Positions 62,645 to 64,000 of a DNA stretch of 64,000 bases are shown in pieces. Positions within the stretch are counted from its first letter, which is position 1. Each line of letters opens with the position of its first letter. Position numbers and translations under genes: made by a program. Under the pieces are notes generated by a model. It had not been told where the DNA came from, searched no databases, and saw nothing but the letters and a program-made list of their open reading frames with translations. This DNA is from Camelus dromedarius (taxonomy: Eukaryota), in NCBI RefSeq assembly GCF_036321535.1, contig NC_087437.1, positions 67,086,001 through 67,150,000 of the forward strand, read 5' to 3'.

Positions 62645-62870
62645 ACCAGCAACTACGTGCCAGGCATTCTTCTAAGCACTTTCCATCTATTTACTCATTT
62701 TGATGCTCACAACAACTCTATGAGGGAGGTACTATTACTATTCCATTTTACAGATGAGGAAAAAAGGCACCAGCAATGAAGTAGCCCCAGGCTACATAGT
62801 AGTAGCACGGCTGGGACCAGGATTCAAAGGTAGGCAGGCAGGCTCTGAATTGGCAGGCTTCTTACAGTGC
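62645..62870 (-). mobile_element. MIR SINE
   Basis: ctacgtgccaggcattcttctaagcacttt...ctcacaacaactctatgagg...ccattttacagatgaggaaa. Confidence 0.85.
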
Positions 62871-64000
62871 TTTGTGATATTTATGCTTCCAGAAGAAGGA
62901 GAAAAGATGCATCTCTGATCATTTTTAAATTAAGAGGACGATTTGAATGATTCAGATCAGTACACCCCTCTCCCCAGTTTTCCTCTTAACAATCTGGGAT
63001 TCACCTTTGGGAAGGAGGGCACAGGGCTGGTCCTGGCATCTGACTTCGTGGGCTCGGTTCCTCTGAAGTACCCAGAACTGAAAGCCCCCATTGTGTGAAC
63101 TCCCCGCCCACCCCTTCCCCCATTGAGAGGTCATGAGCAAGTCTTGAGTCTCTACAAGACTCTAGAGGCCTATACAGGAAAACTCTTCATTAACAATGCA
63201 TTGATTTGTGCCTGCACGTTTATAAAAAGAACAGCTTTAATAGAGGTCTCTGTAGCCTTTTTTTTTTTTTTTTAAGTGCAGTGTTTTTGGTTACTTGCAA
63301 AAGCACTGAAGAGTTAACTTTTAGATGGCTACAAGGAATCTTCAGATGTGTTGCTAGCACTTTTTTTTTTCTTCATTGAGTTTATGGGTGAAAAGAATGT
63401 TACATTTTAGAGAGGATTATCAGGAAAGAGAATTTCTTCTCAGTTGATGAAACACAGCTAGAAGGAGGGGGAAATCTTTCACCTAGCTCTGACTTTAATT
63501 ATTCCATATGATGAAAAAGTTACTCTGTTTTGTCTGAAAAAGAAAGTGAAAACTTGTCAGTTTAGTCTTGCACTAGAAAACATAAATATGTTTAAGAGAG
63601 GAGGACAGAGCTGGGTGGAAATTTTGGTCAGGTAAGAGGAGGGCCGGGGCCTTAGTCGCTCCTGTGCAGGAAGAGGAAATGGTTTATCGAGAGCTTTCCC
63701 ATGTGCCAGACACAGTCCGTACATTATCTGGTTTATTCTCACTTCAGATCCATGAGGTAAGTATTATTTTCCCTGAGGTGTTGGAAAAGGCAGTCATCCT
63801 AGATTTCCCTCCACCTTCTGTCTCCCTTCTCCATCCCAGACACTAGTTGTGGCTTCAGGAAGAGGAGAGGCTTGGAGGTGGCAATCTTTTGGAAAGTGGG
63901 TAAGGGGGAGGAAAGTAGGGAGGGTGGAGGATTTTTCCTATAATTCTGTTACATAGCAAACATCTGCTTTCATTTGACCTGTTTATTTGGGAGGCTGCAG

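Noticed and set aside
63895..63932. G-quadruplex-like G-run cluster (a similar one lies near 28083-28112)
   Set aside because: Common in purine-rich or L2-derived sequence, with no functional context visible.
1..64000. Prokaryotic-type systems (CRISPR arrays, operons, defence islands) or a horizontally acquired insert
   Set aside because: No regularly spaced repeats, no long intronless ORFs and no compositional block that mammalian repeats or IGSF11 exons cannot plausibly explain.

Overview
Mammalian genomic DNA, very likely a camelid (alpaca, vicuna or camel): it carries tRNA-Ala-derived Vic-1-type SINEs, and I saw no Alu, BovB/Bov-tA or PRE-1 elements. The window holds the 3' part of IGSF11 (BT-IgSF/VSIG3) on the + strand. 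This comprises the end of the very long intron 1 (1-32148), six coding exons with canonical GT-AG junctions and an intact frame (32149-32312, 33686-33893, 36761-36916, 50369-50491, 51234-51384, 52358-52799), and a ~1.9 kb 3'UTR with two AATAAA signals. The signal-peptide exon lies outside the window. The rest is intronic or intergenic DNA rich in repeats: nested L1s (mostly antisense to the gene), L2, MIR, hAT MITEs, ERVL-class LTRs, an ERVL pro-pol fossil and microsatellites. Almost all other ORFs in the supplied track are spurious. I found no convincing new multi-gene system. The best second-look items are a chimeric U6 retrocopy fused to a foreign polyadenylated 3' end, a twin-primed inverted L1, a 5'-intact but 3'-deleted L1 in intron 4, an in-frame internal splice donor in exon 5 and a Phe-to-Ser change in the IgV domain. 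All comparisons with human or mouse IGSF11, U6 and repeat consensi were made by eye from recalled sequences, so repeat boundaries are approximate.
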